From a virus, in the IMG/VR virus record IMGVR_UViG_3300042945_002173: a stretch of 64,000 nt of DNA; one strand, written 5' to 3'. The notes beneath the pieces were generated by a model. That model was not told where the DNA came from. It worked only from the letters and a program-made list of their open reading frames with translations, and searched no databases. Positions 38,039 to 48,205 of this stretch are shown here, in pieces; positions within the stretch are counted from its first letter, which is position 1; each line of letters starts with the position of its first letter. Position numbers and translations under genes: made by a program.

Positions 38039-39223
38039 GTGAGTCTTGTAAGATTTAAAACAGGTTTGGAGGAAAAACTAATGGTCGAATCAATGACCGT
38101 TTTCAATCCTCAGGAAGTAGATACTAAAAAGCAACCTATGTTTTTTGGTCAACCACTAGGAATTCAAAGATATGATTCTTACAAATACCCAATCTTCGAT
38201 AAACTAACAACACAACAACTGGGTTATTTCTGGAGACCTGAAGAAGTTTCTCTTCAAAAAGATAGGGGTGATTATCATATGCTTCGCTCTGAGCAGAAGC
38301 ACATTTTTACCAGTAACCTGAAGTATCAGGTAATGTTGGATTCTGTTCAGGGACGTGGACCTGGTATGGCGTTCGCGCCTTACTGCTCTCTCCCTGAACT
38401 AGAAGCATGTATGAAGGTGTGGGAGTTTATGGAGATGATCCACTCCCGATCATATACTTACATCATCAAGAATGTTTATTCAGATCCTTCTGAGGTTTTT
38501 GATACTATTCTTAGTGATGATCGTATTGTAGAACGTGCTGTTAGTGTCACTGAGGCATATAATGATTTCATCAATAGTGCTCAGCATTATGGTTCAACTA
38601 ATGAATGGATTCATGCATTAGAACAAGTACCATACGCACAAGAGGCAAGGTATGAACTCAAAAGAAAACTTTTCAGAGCAGTTGCAAACGTTAATATTCT
38701 TGAAGGTATTCGCTTTTACGTCAGTTTCGCTTGCAGTTTTGCGTTTGGCGAACTCAAACTTATGGAAGGAAGTGCAAAGATTATCTCATTAATTGCTAGG
38801 GATGAAAATCAGCATTTAGTCATCACTCAGAATATTCTTAATAAGTGGAAAGAGGGTGATGATCCTGATATGGCACGTATTTGTAAAGAAGAAGAGCAGT
38901 GGGTTTATAAGACCTTTGAAAACGCTGTCAATCAAGAAAAACTTTGGGCAGAGTATCTGTTCAAGGATGGATCGATGATTGGACTCAATGACAAACTGTT
39001 ACAGCAGTATGTTGAATGGATTGCGAACCGTAGAATGAAGGCAATTGGACTTAAACCACTTTATGATATTTCTGCAAAGAATAATCCACTTCCTTGGACT
39101 GAGCATTGGATTAGTTCTAAGGGTCTTCAAGTTGCACCACAAGAAACAGAAGTCGAATCTTATATTGTCGGGGGAATCAAGCAAGATGTTACCAAAGATA
39201 CTTTCTCAGGATTCCAATTATGA
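38039..39223 (+). CDS. nrdB: Ribonucleotide reductase class Ia beta subunit
   Basis: FWRPEE, EMIHSRSY, LEGIRFYVSF, RDENQH, VAPQETE. Confidence 0.97.
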   Translation: MSLVRFKTGLEEKLMVESMTVFNPQEVDTKKQPMFFGQPLGIQRYDSYKYPIFDKLTTQQLGYFWRPEEVSLQKDRGDYHMLRSEQKHIFTSNLKYQVMLDSVQGRGPGMAFAPYCSLPELEACMKVWEFMEMIHSRSYTYIIKNVYSDPSEVFDTILSDDRIVERAVSVTEAYNDFINSAQHYGSTNEWIHALEQVPYAQEARYELKRKLFRAVANVNILEGIRFYVSFACSFAFGELKLMEGSAKIISLIARDENQHLVITQNILNKWKEGDDPDMARICKEEEQWVYKTFENAVNQEKLWAEYLFKDGSMIGLNDKLLQQYVEWIANRRMKAIGLKPLYDISAKNNPLPWTEHWISSKGLQVAPQETEVESYIVGGIKQDVTKDTFSGFQL

Positions 39224-39347
39224 TGAATGGGTAGAACAAGAAATTATTAGTGCCTATAAAGATGCTGCTGAAGCAGATCTTTTTTTATTTGGTGATTACG
39301 ATTACTCTTATGTTTGGAAAGATTCTAAAAGTAACGATGTGTATTAA
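39186..39347 (+). CDS. Small acidic hypothetical protein
   Basis: MLPKILSQDSNYDEW...; overlaps the nrdB end; terminator follows. Confidence 0.4.
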   Translation: MLPKILSQDSNYDEWVEQEIISAYKDAAEADLFLFGDYDYSYVWKDSKSNDVY

Positions 39348-39354
39348 ATTTATA

Positions 39355-39383
39355 GGGGGGATCTTCGGATCCCCCTTTTTTTT
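39355..39383 (+). terminator. Intrinsic terminator
   Basis: GGGGGATC-TTCG-GATCCCCC plus T run; late promoter TATAAATA directly after. Confidence 0.85.
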
Positions 39384-39413
39384 ATAAATATCTAAAAAGG
39401 TAGTCGGTAGGCG

Positions 39414-41453
39414 ATGAAGTCGTTTCAGAATTTTGCATATAATATTGTAGAGGAACCTCGTAAGGCATTTGGCACACCAAGTCGTTTTGACGCACAAGGT
39501 GAACCAATGTATACAAAAAGACCTGGACCAAATGAACCAGGTCGTAGAGCACAGGTTCAAAAATCACCTAAAACAGTTACTCAAGTAAAGGGTGAAATTG
39601 AAGCGGCAAAGAGATTTGCAGGCGCAAGATCTGGTGGATTGGATACTAGAAATGTACCATCTTTTGTAACTCAAAGAAGACAAGAAAGAGCAAGTAAATT
39701 ACTTGGACCAAATCCTTGGGATATGCCAGGTGGTGCTGGTGCTGGTCAAAAAACTTTTGATCGTGGAATGAGAAAACTTGTTCCACCAGCTGGTCCTTCA
39801 AGAGGTCATAGAGAAAGAGCATTTAGAGATTTCATTAATCAGTCATCAAAAGAACTTGGAACTTCTACTGATGAGATCATTGCAAATATGATGAAGGGAA
39901 AATCAGCAACGCCTTTTGCAAGTCCAGTTGCTGCAACACCAGATCCTTGGAAACCATCTGAAACTGCAACAACACCACCAAAACCAAAACCAGTAAGTCA
40001 GGCAGACGTTTCTAAGAAGCAGGCATCATATAGAGCGTCTCAGAAACCTCCATCACCACCTAAGACTGAACTTGGTGGAACTAAAAAAGCAGTATCATTC
40101 TCAACTCCAACTAGATCAAAGACTTCGGTATCACCAAGGACTTCTGTTTTAGATGTTAAGGCAACAGAAGTTCCTGGAACAAAAGTTGCAGAACCAAAAG
40201 CAAAAACATTACCAGGTTTAAAACTTGGTACAGAACCTGCTGGTCCATTAGTATCTAATCGTCCAGGAGAATCAAAAACAATTCGACCACAAAAAGGACC
40301 TGGAAGAACTGGTGTTCTTGGAAAACCAAAAGCTGGGCAAATGGTTGGCGCTAAAATTGAACCAGTAAAAGTTGCCGATGTTACTCCTAAAACTCCAAAG
40401 ATTACTGGTCAAGGCGTTGTAAAAACAAAACCACTTTCTATACCAGCACCACCTAAACCTGTTGTGCAGGCAAAGACTAATTTAAAACCAACACCAGTAA
40501 AGGTACAGAAATCAACAGCATTAAAAATTCCAAGTCCTGCTGCACCAAAAATTAAACCGTTATCTGCTACTAGAACTACACAATCTCAAAAACTTGCTGA
40601 TACCGTAATTAAAGCATCTAAGCAAATTAGATCTGATATTGCAGCAGAAAGAGCATCAGAAAGAGCAAAGATGATGAAAGGTCTTGGCACTGCTGGAAAA
40701 GTTCTTAGTGCTGTTCAGACTGGAATAGAAGCGAAGAAAGGTTATGATATTGCTAAGGCAATGGGTAGTAGTGAAAGAAGATCAATAGGTGCTGGTGCTG
40801 CAAGAGCGATTGGAAGTGGTCTTGGTGGTGTAGTTGGAGGAACACTTGGATCTGTTGCTGGACCAATTGGTTCTGCTGTTGGTGCAACTGCTGGAATAAC
40901 CATAGGATCACAACTTGGATCAAGAGCATATGATGTAATTACTGGTGATCCTAAGAAAAAGGTAACGACTCAGGGTGTTCTCACTAATATTAGAAAGGCA
41001 GTTCCACAAGAAATCAGAGCACAAGTACCTGCAAATGTAAGAAAGGGATTTACTGATTTCGTAAAATCTGCTGGAAAAACTTATGGTGATTGGCAGAGAT
41101 CACAACAAAAAGAAGAATACCAATTAGATGAATTTAATATAAAGACGATTTCTGGAAAATTTGCTAAATCTGCTGGTGCCGAGATTGGAGGTGAAGTTAT
41201 TAAAAAGGCAAGTGGAAATAATCCGATTGTAAGAAAAGCAGTTGATATTGCAACTTCCGGAGTTGGTCTTGGGCGTGTTGCAGGACCTGCGGCTGTTGGG
41301 TATACATTAGGTACAGAAGTACTAGCACCTGCTGCTGTTAAATTGGCCCAACAAAGAAGGCAGGCACAGCAAGCAAGATTAAATCAGTTAGTTCCATCAG
41401 GAAGAACCGACGTTTCTGGAAAACCTGCTCAAATCAGACCATTGAATAGATGA
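39414..41453 (+). CDS. Large basic K/P/T-rich late protein with glycine zipper (putative internal/ejected protein)
   Basis: MKSFQNF..IVEE leader; PDPWK motif; GSGLGGVVGGTLGSVAGPIGSAVGATAG. Confidence 0.55.
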   Translation: MKSFQNFAYNIVEEPRKAFGTPSRFDAQGEPMYTKRPGPNEPGRRAQVQKSPKTVTQVKGEIEAAKRFAGARSGGLDTRNVPSFVTQRRQERASKLLGPNPWDMPGGAGAGQKTFDRGMRKLVPPAGPSRGHRERAFRDFINQSSKELGTSTDEIIANMMKGKSATPFASPVAATPDPWKPSETATTPPKPKPVSQADVSKKQASYRASQKPPSPPKTELGGTKKAVSFSTPTRSKTSVSPRTSVLDVKATEVPGTKVAEPKAKTLPGLKLGTEPAGPLVSNRPGESKTIRPQKGPGRTGVLGKPKAGQMVGAKIEPVKVADVTPKTPKITGQGVVKTKPLSIPAPPKPVVQAKTNLKPTPVKVQKSTALKIPSPAAPKIKPLSATRTTQSQKLADTVIKASKQIRSDIAAERASERAKMMKGLGTAGKVLSAVQTGIEAKKGYDIAKAMGSSERRSIGAGAARAIGSGLGGVVGGTLGSVAGPIGSAVGATAGITIGSQLGSRAYDVITGDPKKKVTTQGVLTNIRKAVPQEIRAQVPANVRKGFTDFVKSAGKTYGDWQRSQQKEEYQLDEFNIKTISGKFAKSAGAEIGGEVIKKASGNNPIVRKAVDIATSGVGLGRVAGPAAVGYTLGTEVLAPAAVKLAQQRRQAQQARLNQLVPSGRTDVSGKPAQIRPLNR

Positions 41454-41726
41454 AATTTTTGTAAGTGTATGCTAGGATGGTGTGGGATACCATACCACAT
41501 TTTTATTATGAAAACTTTTGTTAAGAAAACAAATTGTCTTTTGAAAAAGGAAGCAAAAGAATTTTGTTCTGATATTGTTTATATTTGTAATGGCATTATC
41601 CGTACATTTAAAAAACTATTATTAGAACGTTATTTTATTCTCGGAATTCTAATTGGACTTATTTTGCGGTTTGTTTTTTAGTTCTTCTTTTTTTATAAAT
41701 ATTTTTAAGAAAAAATTTTTAAAAAA

Positions 41727-42272
41727 ATGGGTAACTTATCGTCAAAACAAGTGCTGGATATTCAATCTTTGTATGAAGGAATTTACCAAGATGGACAGGA
41801 AAGCATTGAAAATATATCAGAAGAAGATTTTTGTGATATCTTAGCAATTGAAATTTGCAATGCCCTCATTGAAGAAGGTTTGCTAGAAGGTGAAGTTATA
41901 TCTGAAACTACTATTAAAGAAGGAAAACTAACGTCTGCTGTTAAAAGTGCTTGGGGCGTAATTAAACCAGTTATCAAACAAGTAACAGGTATTGGTACAA
42001 AACCAACAACGCGAGTAGGAAGAGTAATAAGAACAGGTCAAACTCTAGCTACCGGTGCTGCGGTTGTTCAACCAGAAAGAACTTTGAATATTGCTACTGG
42101 AACAGTTGGTGGAGCAGTTAAGGGTGCTTATCAAGGCGCAACTAAACCAACTGGTGGTGGTCCAATAGATGCCGCAGGAAGAGCAATTAAGGCTGCTCAA
42201 GGTCAAGCAGTTCCTGCTGCGGATGACAGGAGAAGAAATTCAAACGGAACTACAACTTGGAGCACTCCCTGA
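41727..42272 (+). CDS. Late protein with acidic leader and basic Gly/Ala-rich C-terminus
   Basis: TATAAATA at about 41694; LYEGIY leader and LIEEG module resemble the modular family. Confidence 0.5.
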   Translation: MGNLSSKQVLDIQSLYEGIYQDGQESIENISEEDFCDILAIEICNALIEEGLLEGEVISETTIKEGKLTSAVKSAWGVIKPVIKQVTGIGTKPTTRVGRVIRTGQTLATGAAVVQPERTLNIATGTVGGAVKGAYQGATKPTGGGPIDAAGRAIKAAQGQAVPAADDRRRNSNGTTTWSTP

Positions 42273-43984
42273 TGAAATCCGAAAACGTAAACGAAGCAAC
42301 TTATACTGGAAAGGTAGTTGTATCCCGCAAAGGTGGAAAACTTGGAGCGGTTCTTATTGATCCAAAAACTGGTAAACCTATTCCAGGATCTTGGAGACCA
42401 GAAAAGGAAGTTCCTGGCGGAATACCACAAGCAAACAAATCTGCCTTCTTTAAAAAGGAGGCAGAGAAAATAAGATCTGCCGAAAAAGATAGATTATCAA
42501 AAATTGATGGGGGGTCTAAACCCCCAGCAGCACCACCCCCAAGACCCTCTAGCACACCACCAGCAGCACCTGCACCTGCCCCTGCTAGACCCTCTGGACC
42601 CTCTGGAACAACCCCTGCACCCGCTCCTACGGCACCTAAACCATCACCAGTAGCGGCGTATATGAAGGCTGCTGCTGATGCTAGAAAGAGCGGAGACCCC
42701 GCTGAGATGGCGAAGGTAAGGGATATGGGTATGGAGATTTGGAGAAAATCAAATCCAAAACTTGCGGCCGCCGCTGCTGAGAGAGAAAGAATTCGTGGAA
42801 CCGCTCAGACTGATAATCCTCTTATGAAAGATATGAGAGGTGGTCTTTCTCTCACTCCTAGTGTTCAGGCACCAGCAGTTAAGAATCTTGGATCTGGGCA
42901 ACAATCACTTTCTCAGAACCCTAATGCAGCAATTGCTGCAACTCCAAAACCACAAGTTCCACCAGTTACTGCAAGTAAAGATGCTACAATGAATAAGACT
43001 GCCGAAACTCTTTCAAAAAATCCACTTCCAAAGAAAACTCAAAAAGAAGCATATGATATTGTTCTAGATTATCTTCTTTCTGAGGGTCACGCTGATACTC
43101 TTTCAGAAGCACATTATGTAATGATGCAAATGGATGCCGAACACATTCAGAATATTGTTATTCAAGAGCGTGCTTGGTGGGATCCAGCTGGTCTTTTTAT
43201 GACTAAGAATGAAAAAGCAGTAGAAAAAGCAAAATCAACTGCAACTGGTGCTGGTGGATCATATAACCCTAACACTGGTAGAACTTATAATCCAACAGCA
43301 AAAGATCAAACAAGAGCAACTGGTGTGATTGCACCAAGAGGTGGTATTGTTGGAACTATGGAACCAGGCAAACCAGAAACTTGGCAGAGATATGCACCAG
43401 GTTCTGATGCTTTTAGAAGACAGAACATTGACAGATATGTAACTGTTCGTGGTCGTGAGCAGCTGCAAATTGATGATCTTGCAAATCGTGCAATGAAAGA
43501 TAAGGCAAAAAGAGATGCTGCTGCCGATGCTGCATTTGATAGAAAGTATGGTGTAAATCAACCATCTGGTGATGAATTTGCAGGCGCTCGTAAAAATACA
43601 AAAACCTTTACACAACCTAGTGCTTCTCCTGCTACCCCAAGACCTAGCACAAGACCTAGCACAAGACCTGCCGCAAAACCAATTGCTACTGCACCAAAAC
43701 CAAAACCTCAACCACCAACCATTCAGTCTAAGAATGTAACTTCTACTGGAACTTCTTATGAAAGAAGAACTCCAACCTCAGCAGAACTTGCCGCCGCTAA
43801 GGCAGCAGGTGGTGGTGAGGCAGGTGTAAAGGCCGCGGTTGATGTTGCCAAATCAAATAAAGTTGCTGCAAAGTCACCAACTCCGGATCTTAAACCAGAG
43901 GCACCTAAAAAGAGAGAAAGTCTTGCTGCTCAGGTGAAAGAACTTCAAACAATGCGAAAAGAAGCAGAAGAAAGAAACAAGTGA
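42272..43984 (+). CDS. Large P/A/K-rich protein, modular family member
   Basis: TGATG-coupled; KEAYDIVLDYLLSEGHADTLSEAHYVMMQM module. Confidence 0.55.
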   Translation: MKSENVNEATYTGKVVVSRKGGKLGAVLIDPKTGKPIPGSWRPEKEVPGGIPQANKSAFFKKEAEKIRSAEKDRLSKIDGGSKPPAAPPPRPSSTPPAAPAPAPARPSGPSGTTPAPAPTAPKPSPVAAYMKAAADARKSGDPAEMAKVRDMGMEIWRKSNPKLAAAAAERERIRGTAQTDNPLMKDMRGGLSLTPSVQAPAVKNLGSGQQSLSQNPNAAIAATPKPQVPPVTASKDATMNKTAETLSKNPLPKKTQKEAYDIVLDYLLSEGHADTLSEAHYVMMQMDAEHIQNIVIQERAWWDPAGLFMTKNEKAVEKAKSTATGAGGSYNPNTGRTYNPTAKDQTRATGVIAPRGGIVGTMEPGKPETWQRYAPGSDAFRRQNIDRYVTVRGREQLQIDDLANRAMKDKAKRDAAADAAFDRKYGVNQPSGDEFAGARKNTKTFTQPSASPATPRPSTRPSTRPAAKPIATAPKPKPQPPTIQSKNVTSTGTSYERRTPTSAELAAAKAAGGGEAGVKAAVDVAKSNKVAAKSPTPDLKPEAPKKRESLAAQVKELQTMRKEAEERNK

Positions 43985-43987
43985 TTC

Positions 43988-44013
43988 AAAGAGGGTTTCG
44001 ACCCTCTTTTTTA
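43988..44013. terminator. Bidirectional terminator between convergent genes
   Basis: AAAGAGGGT-TTCG-ACCCTCTTT plus T run. Confidence 0.8.
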
Positions 44014-44358
44014 TTACCTAGTAACTGATTTCTTAACTAATGCAGTACCTTCTACAACTCTTGTTGTAGTTCCAGTTGGACTGTTTAGTAGTAGATCGTA
44101 AAAATATTTTCCTGGTTTAATAGCAGCACTCTCTGCAGAACTTAAAGAAAGAGTTACTCTTCCAGTTGTTCTGTCATTTGAAAAAGTTACAGTAAAATCC
44201 CCTGCTTTTGAGGAGGATTCATATCTTTTTAGTTGGGAGCAACCACTATACCCAGTTAGATTCATTACTGAATTTGTTTTATCATCCTCCAAAACAAAAG
44301 TCTGATCAAAATCAGTTCCGGTATAGATGACTAAATTTGCAGTATAAGTTATTGCCAT
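44014..44358 (-). CDS. BppU-like Ig-fold structural protein (paralog 1)
   Basis: NLTGYSG.SQLKR...F...GRVTLSL...IKPGKYFYD...VEG; late promoter on the minus strand. Confidence 0.6.
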   Translation of the reverse strand: MAITYTANLVIYTGTDFDQTFVLEDDKTNSVMNLTGYSGCSQLKRYESSSKAGDFTVTFSNDRTTGRVTLSLSSAESAAIKPGKYFYDLLLNSPTGTTTRVVEGTALVKKSVTR

Positions 44359-44378
44359 CGTTTTTTAAATATTTATTT

Positions 44379-46127
44379 CTAACTTAGATCTGTTAGGAAC
44401 GGTGTGATCCAGTCTTCATTTTCATTTTCTACTGCAATAATTGTTATATTTTTTGCTGCAAGTTTTGATACTAAAAGATTGTACGATGCCTGGATAGTTG
44501 CTGTTGTCATGCTACCAGAATTATCAATAAACAATGCAATCTTAGATCCTTCTGGAAGATTATCTATTCCACATATAGTATACCAATCAGATGCAAGAGC
44601 AGTATTTCCACCATCTCTATTGACTTGAACTGGACCAAATGTAAGACCATTTGCATTTTGCCCAATATTAAGAGAGGTATCGTTAATATAAACTGTTTCG
44701 GAAGTTGCTATAACAGTTCCAGTTGTTGAAGATCTTCTAATTTCAATCTGGAATGACTCTAAGCTTTCTGTAGATCTATCTCCTGCAAGTGTTCTTGTAA
44801 TAGTTCCCGTATTACTATTAACTGTAAATGATCCACTTATTGTAGCATCGGTAAAATCTGATGCTGATAGTGTTCCACTAATTGGAAGTATTGTCCAATA
44901 CAGTATTGTGGAATTTGGAACACCGCTTGTTGTAACTGTAAATGTTACTGTTGATCCTTCATTAACAGAAGTTGTTGATGGTACAACACTGTAAGTTGGA
45001 ACAACATCAATGACATTAATAGATTGACTAGTTGCTACAACTGGTCCAGAGGTTGATCCAGTTCTTACAACAAATGTAAAAGATTCTGTATCTTCTGTAT
45101 TAATATCATTTGATATAGTTCTTGTGACTGTTGCAATTCCAGTTGTTGCACCGGTGCCTACGATACTAAAAGAACCAGTAAGTGAATTATTGGAAAAGTC
45201 TGCGGCTTCCATACTGCCGCCAGTGCTGTAGTAAAGTGTAGTTCCATCCCCAACGTTGACTGTATTGACAGTAAAATTGACCGAACCACCTTCATTAACA
45301 GTTGTCGTTGAAGCAGTGAGAGTGTATGTAGGTTGTCCTAGATTAGTGATGAATATTGTACTTGATGTTCCTACAACACTACCACCACTTCCAGAAGATC
45401 CTGTTAAAATATTAACTTCAAATGCTTCAATTCCTTCATTATACGATGAATCACTTGCTATTGTTTTTGTGAAATTTGCATATCCAACTCCACCAGATAC
45501 ACTTTGAACCGCAAAGGAACCCGTTAAACTGTTATCAAGGAAATCTGTACTAGATGCAGATCCAACAATGGAATAGAATAAGGTAGTTCCTGCCCCAACA
45601 TTTGTCGTTGTAACTGCGAAAGATACCGTATTTCCTTCATACACATTTGTCGATGAAGGAGTTATTGTATATGTTGGTGGATCTCCTGGTAAAAATAATC
45701 CACCACCAAGACCAAGAACTGTTAAAGATGCATCGGTCCCAAGTCCAATGGTGGAATTTAATCCATATACTTTATTTCCATATTGAATACCTTGCCCATC
45801 ACCGACAAAGGTAAGTTTGTAACCTCTATAAGATTTTCCTATACCCTCTCCATCAGTCCCAACTCCAATAATAATTGAATCATCTGGAAGTGCAGGCACA
45901 TAAAAAAGTTGTTTTTCTTTTAAAACAGTTGATAGACCAACTCTTTCACCATCATCAAATAAAATAACTCTTGTTACCTGAGATGTATCAACTCCAGAAT
46001 TGATTGTTAAAATAGCATCTTGAATATCACCTAGAATACAAGTCTGTATTCCACTAGTGAATTTTTGTTTATTCGCTCTTAAATACGTTTTAAAAGATAA
46101 TCTATTACTACTAGTTGGATTTGGCAT
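44379..46127 (-). CDS. Structural/tail protein with three Calx-beta-like repeats and a vWA-like C-terminus
   Basis: Three PTY..S.T.V.EG..V.F.V.T repeats; LFIDNSGSM. Confidence 0.6.
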   Translation of the reverse strand: MPNPTSSNRLSFKTYLRANKQKFTSGIQTCILGDIQDAILTINSGVDTSQVTRVILFDDGERVGLSTVLKEKQLFYVPALPDDSIIIGVGTDGEGIGKSYRGYKLTFVGDGQGIQYGNKVYGLNSTIGLGTDASLTVLGLGGGLFLPGDPPTYTITPSSTNVYEGNTVSFAVTTTNVGAGTTLFYSIVGSASSTDFLDNSLTGSFAVQSVSGGVGYANFTKTIASDSSYNEGIEAFEVNILTGSSGSGGSVVGTSSTIFITNLGQPTYTLTASTTTVNEGGSVNFTVNTVNVGDGTTLYYSTGGSMEAADFSNNSLTGSFSIVGTGATTGIATVTRTISNDINTEDTESFTFVVRTGSTSGPVVATSQSINVIDVVPTYSVVPSTTSVNEGSTVTFTVTTSGVPNSTILYWTILPISGTLSASDFTDATISGSFTVNSNTGTITRTLAGDRSTESLESFQIEIRRSSTTGTVIATSETVYINDTSLNIGQNANGLTFGPVQVNRDGGNTALASDWYTICGIDNLPEGSKIALFIDNSGSMTTATIQASYNLLVSKLAAKNITIIAVENENEDWITPFLTDLS

Positions 46128-47596
46128 TATATTATTGCTCCTAACGCTGCTACGGCAAGTACTGTTCCGAGAAGAAGAGTATAATCTTCTGGTGCTGGTA
46201 AGTCTGGATCATACTTTTCTGGAGCACCAGTAGTATACGAAGCAGTAGCTACTTCAATAGGTAAAATTGGGTGCCCAGGTAGATGACCATATCTTAAATT
46301 ATGTTTAGTCTTAACTGCTTGATTCCACCAATCATTTTTGAATAATTCATTATTAGCAGTATACTGAGAATTTCCAATATCTGCACCAGACCAAGCTTGC
46401 CTTATAAATCCAACTTGTGCAGAATAATTAGAACCAACATTACAAACTGTACCTAGAATCACTACTCTTCCAGATATAGGACCAAATTTTGCAAATGGAC
46501 CAAGAGAGTAAGTTGCTTCTACTATTCTTTGTGAAAAACTTGTAAAAGGTCTTGGATAATTTCCTCCACCACCGTAAGTCCAGTTTGATCCAACATTTCC
46601 TGAAACTGAACCATAATTTGGTAGGAAGAAAGTTGGACCAGTTCCAACTTCAATAGAATTACATATAAAATCGGGCATATTTAGCAAGGCTTCAAATGGT
46701 ATAAGACCTCTCTTCACAGCATTCCAGAATAATTCTGGATTTGAATCATAAAGTTCCTGAGGGGTAAATCTTTTTCTGATTGCCATTGGTTCTATGGAAC
46801 CAAGTTGATTATCAGTATATGGATTTCCATTTTCATCTCTCCAAAGACTCCAATCAAATCCTTGAGTTGGATCCGCATTTGGTCTCAATCCATTAAAAAA
46901 TACATTTGCAATAATTCCTATAATACCATCTGCGGTGCTTCTTATGACTGCTTGACCTCCAAATATAACACCGCCAAGTACAACACCAACCATTCCACCA
47001 ATAACATATGGAATAGTTTGTAAGATCGCTCCCACATCACCAGAAGAAGCTCTCGCCTTCAAACTTTCGGGAGGAGAAACACCAAAGTCATTGAGTCCAG
47101 TAAAAACATAAGTGTCATTAATATTTAAATTTCCATTAGCATCCCAACTAAATGCTTCAGGTCCAAGACCAAGATTAAAGAAAAAGTTTTGAACTCCTAC
47201 TAATTCTCTTGGCCCAGTAGCACGATTTTGATATGAGTTATATAAACTTTGTGGATCTGGATCAGATCCCAATGATTGTGCAAATATTGTATTAGTAGAT
47301 TCACTCATAACTGGACTTACAGGATTATTCACAGATCCATATCCATCTACACCTTGATATGATATTTGTTGATGATAATATTGTGCAAGTCCCAATACTG
47401 CTGTTACTATACCCTCTGCTTGATTTGATAGTGTAATTTGAACTGTCGGATCTACCACACCTGGTTCAAATACATATTTTCTAATTTCATCACCAATACT
47501 TTGTATTTCTCCTTCTGTCAAAATTAGATTTGAATATGTGTGTGTTTCTGTATCATCTGGTAATATACCACCATTTGGAAAACCTGTTTGTGACAT
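46127..47596 (-). CDS. Hypothetical protein
   Basis: 489-aa ORF with internal and C-terminal hydrophobic segments. Confidence 0.55.
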   Translation of the reverse strand: MSQTGFPNGGILPDDTETHTYSNLILTEGEIQSIGDEIRKYVFEPGVVDPTVQITLSNQAEGIVTAVLGLAQYYHQQISYQGVDGYGSVNNPVSPVMSESTNTIFAQSLGSDPDPQSLYNSYQNRATGPRELVGVQNFFFNLGLGPEAFSWDANGNLNINDTYVFTGLNDFGVSPPESLKARASSGDVGAILQTIPYVIGGMVGVVLGGVIFGGQAVIRSTADGIIGIIANVFFNGLRPNADPTQGFDWSLWRDENGNPYTDNQLGSIEPMAIRKRFTPQELYDSNPELFWNAVKRGLIPFEALLNMPDFICNSIEVGTGPTFFLPNYGSVSGNVGSNWTYGGGGNYPRPFTSFSQRIVEATYSLGPFAKFGPISGRVVILGTVCNVGSNYSAQVGFIRQAWSGADIGNSQYTANNELFKNDWWNQAVKTKHNLRYGHLPGHPILPIEVATASYTTGAPEKYDPDLPAPEDYTLLLGTVLAVAALGAII

Positions 47597-47597
47597 C

Positions 47598-48188
47598 TTA
47601 GATTAGTGGTGAGACGTTTACAGTTGTTTCATTCAAGAAATTATCAGGACAGGCGAGAAGAATGTAATTATCATTATTTACACTATTTCCAAATCCAACT
47701 GTTGTTGGTTGTAAAAGATAAAAAGTCCTGTTGGGGTATGAAGATCTAAACTGTCCCCATAAAGTCCCCATTCCAGACGCAGAAGTATTGCTATTTTCGT
47801 CGATCACTGCAATACAAAGTCTTTGAGCACTTGTTGGTGTTGAGAATGAGCAACCAGTTGAAATACCAGCACGTGCATTGATTGTTCCTTCAACAATAAT
47901 TCCTTTATCACCATTTGGTTTTGTCATCAAAATATCATAAACATATCTCCCAGGTTTAAGACGTGCTGTTGTCCAACTCGGAATAGATATTTTTATTTTT
48001 CCATTTTTACGGTCAGTAAAACCAACAGTAAAACTTACAGCAGTTCCACTGTCTCTATGCTTTCTGAGACTCGATGCTGCACTGTATCCAGTAAGATCAA
48101 TAACCTTTCCACCACTTTGATACAGATCATAAGTCTGCACAAAATCTGTTCCGATATTAATGGTAAGGTTATTTACATATACGGACAT
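47598..48188 (-). CDS. BppU-like domain protein (paralog 2) with C-terminal extension
   Basis: DLTGYSAASSLRKH...LKPGRYVYD; tail RLCIAVIDE. Confidence 0.6.
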   Translation of the reverse strand: MSVYVNNLTINIGTDFVQTYDLYQSGGKVIDLTGYSAASSLRKHRDSGTAVSFTVGFTDRKNGKIKISIPSWTTARLKPGRYVYDILMTKPNGDKGIIVEGTINARAGISTGCSFSTPTSAQRLCIAVIDENSNTSASGMGTLWGQFRSSYPNRTFYLLQPTTVGFGNSVNNDNYILLACPDNFLNETTVNVSPLI

Positions 48189-48205
48189 CGTTTTTTAAGT
48201 ATTTA

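Noticed and set aside
42240-42300. Programmed frameshift joining 41727 and 42272
   Set aside because: A plain TGATG stop/start overlap explains the junction; no slippery sequence is evident.
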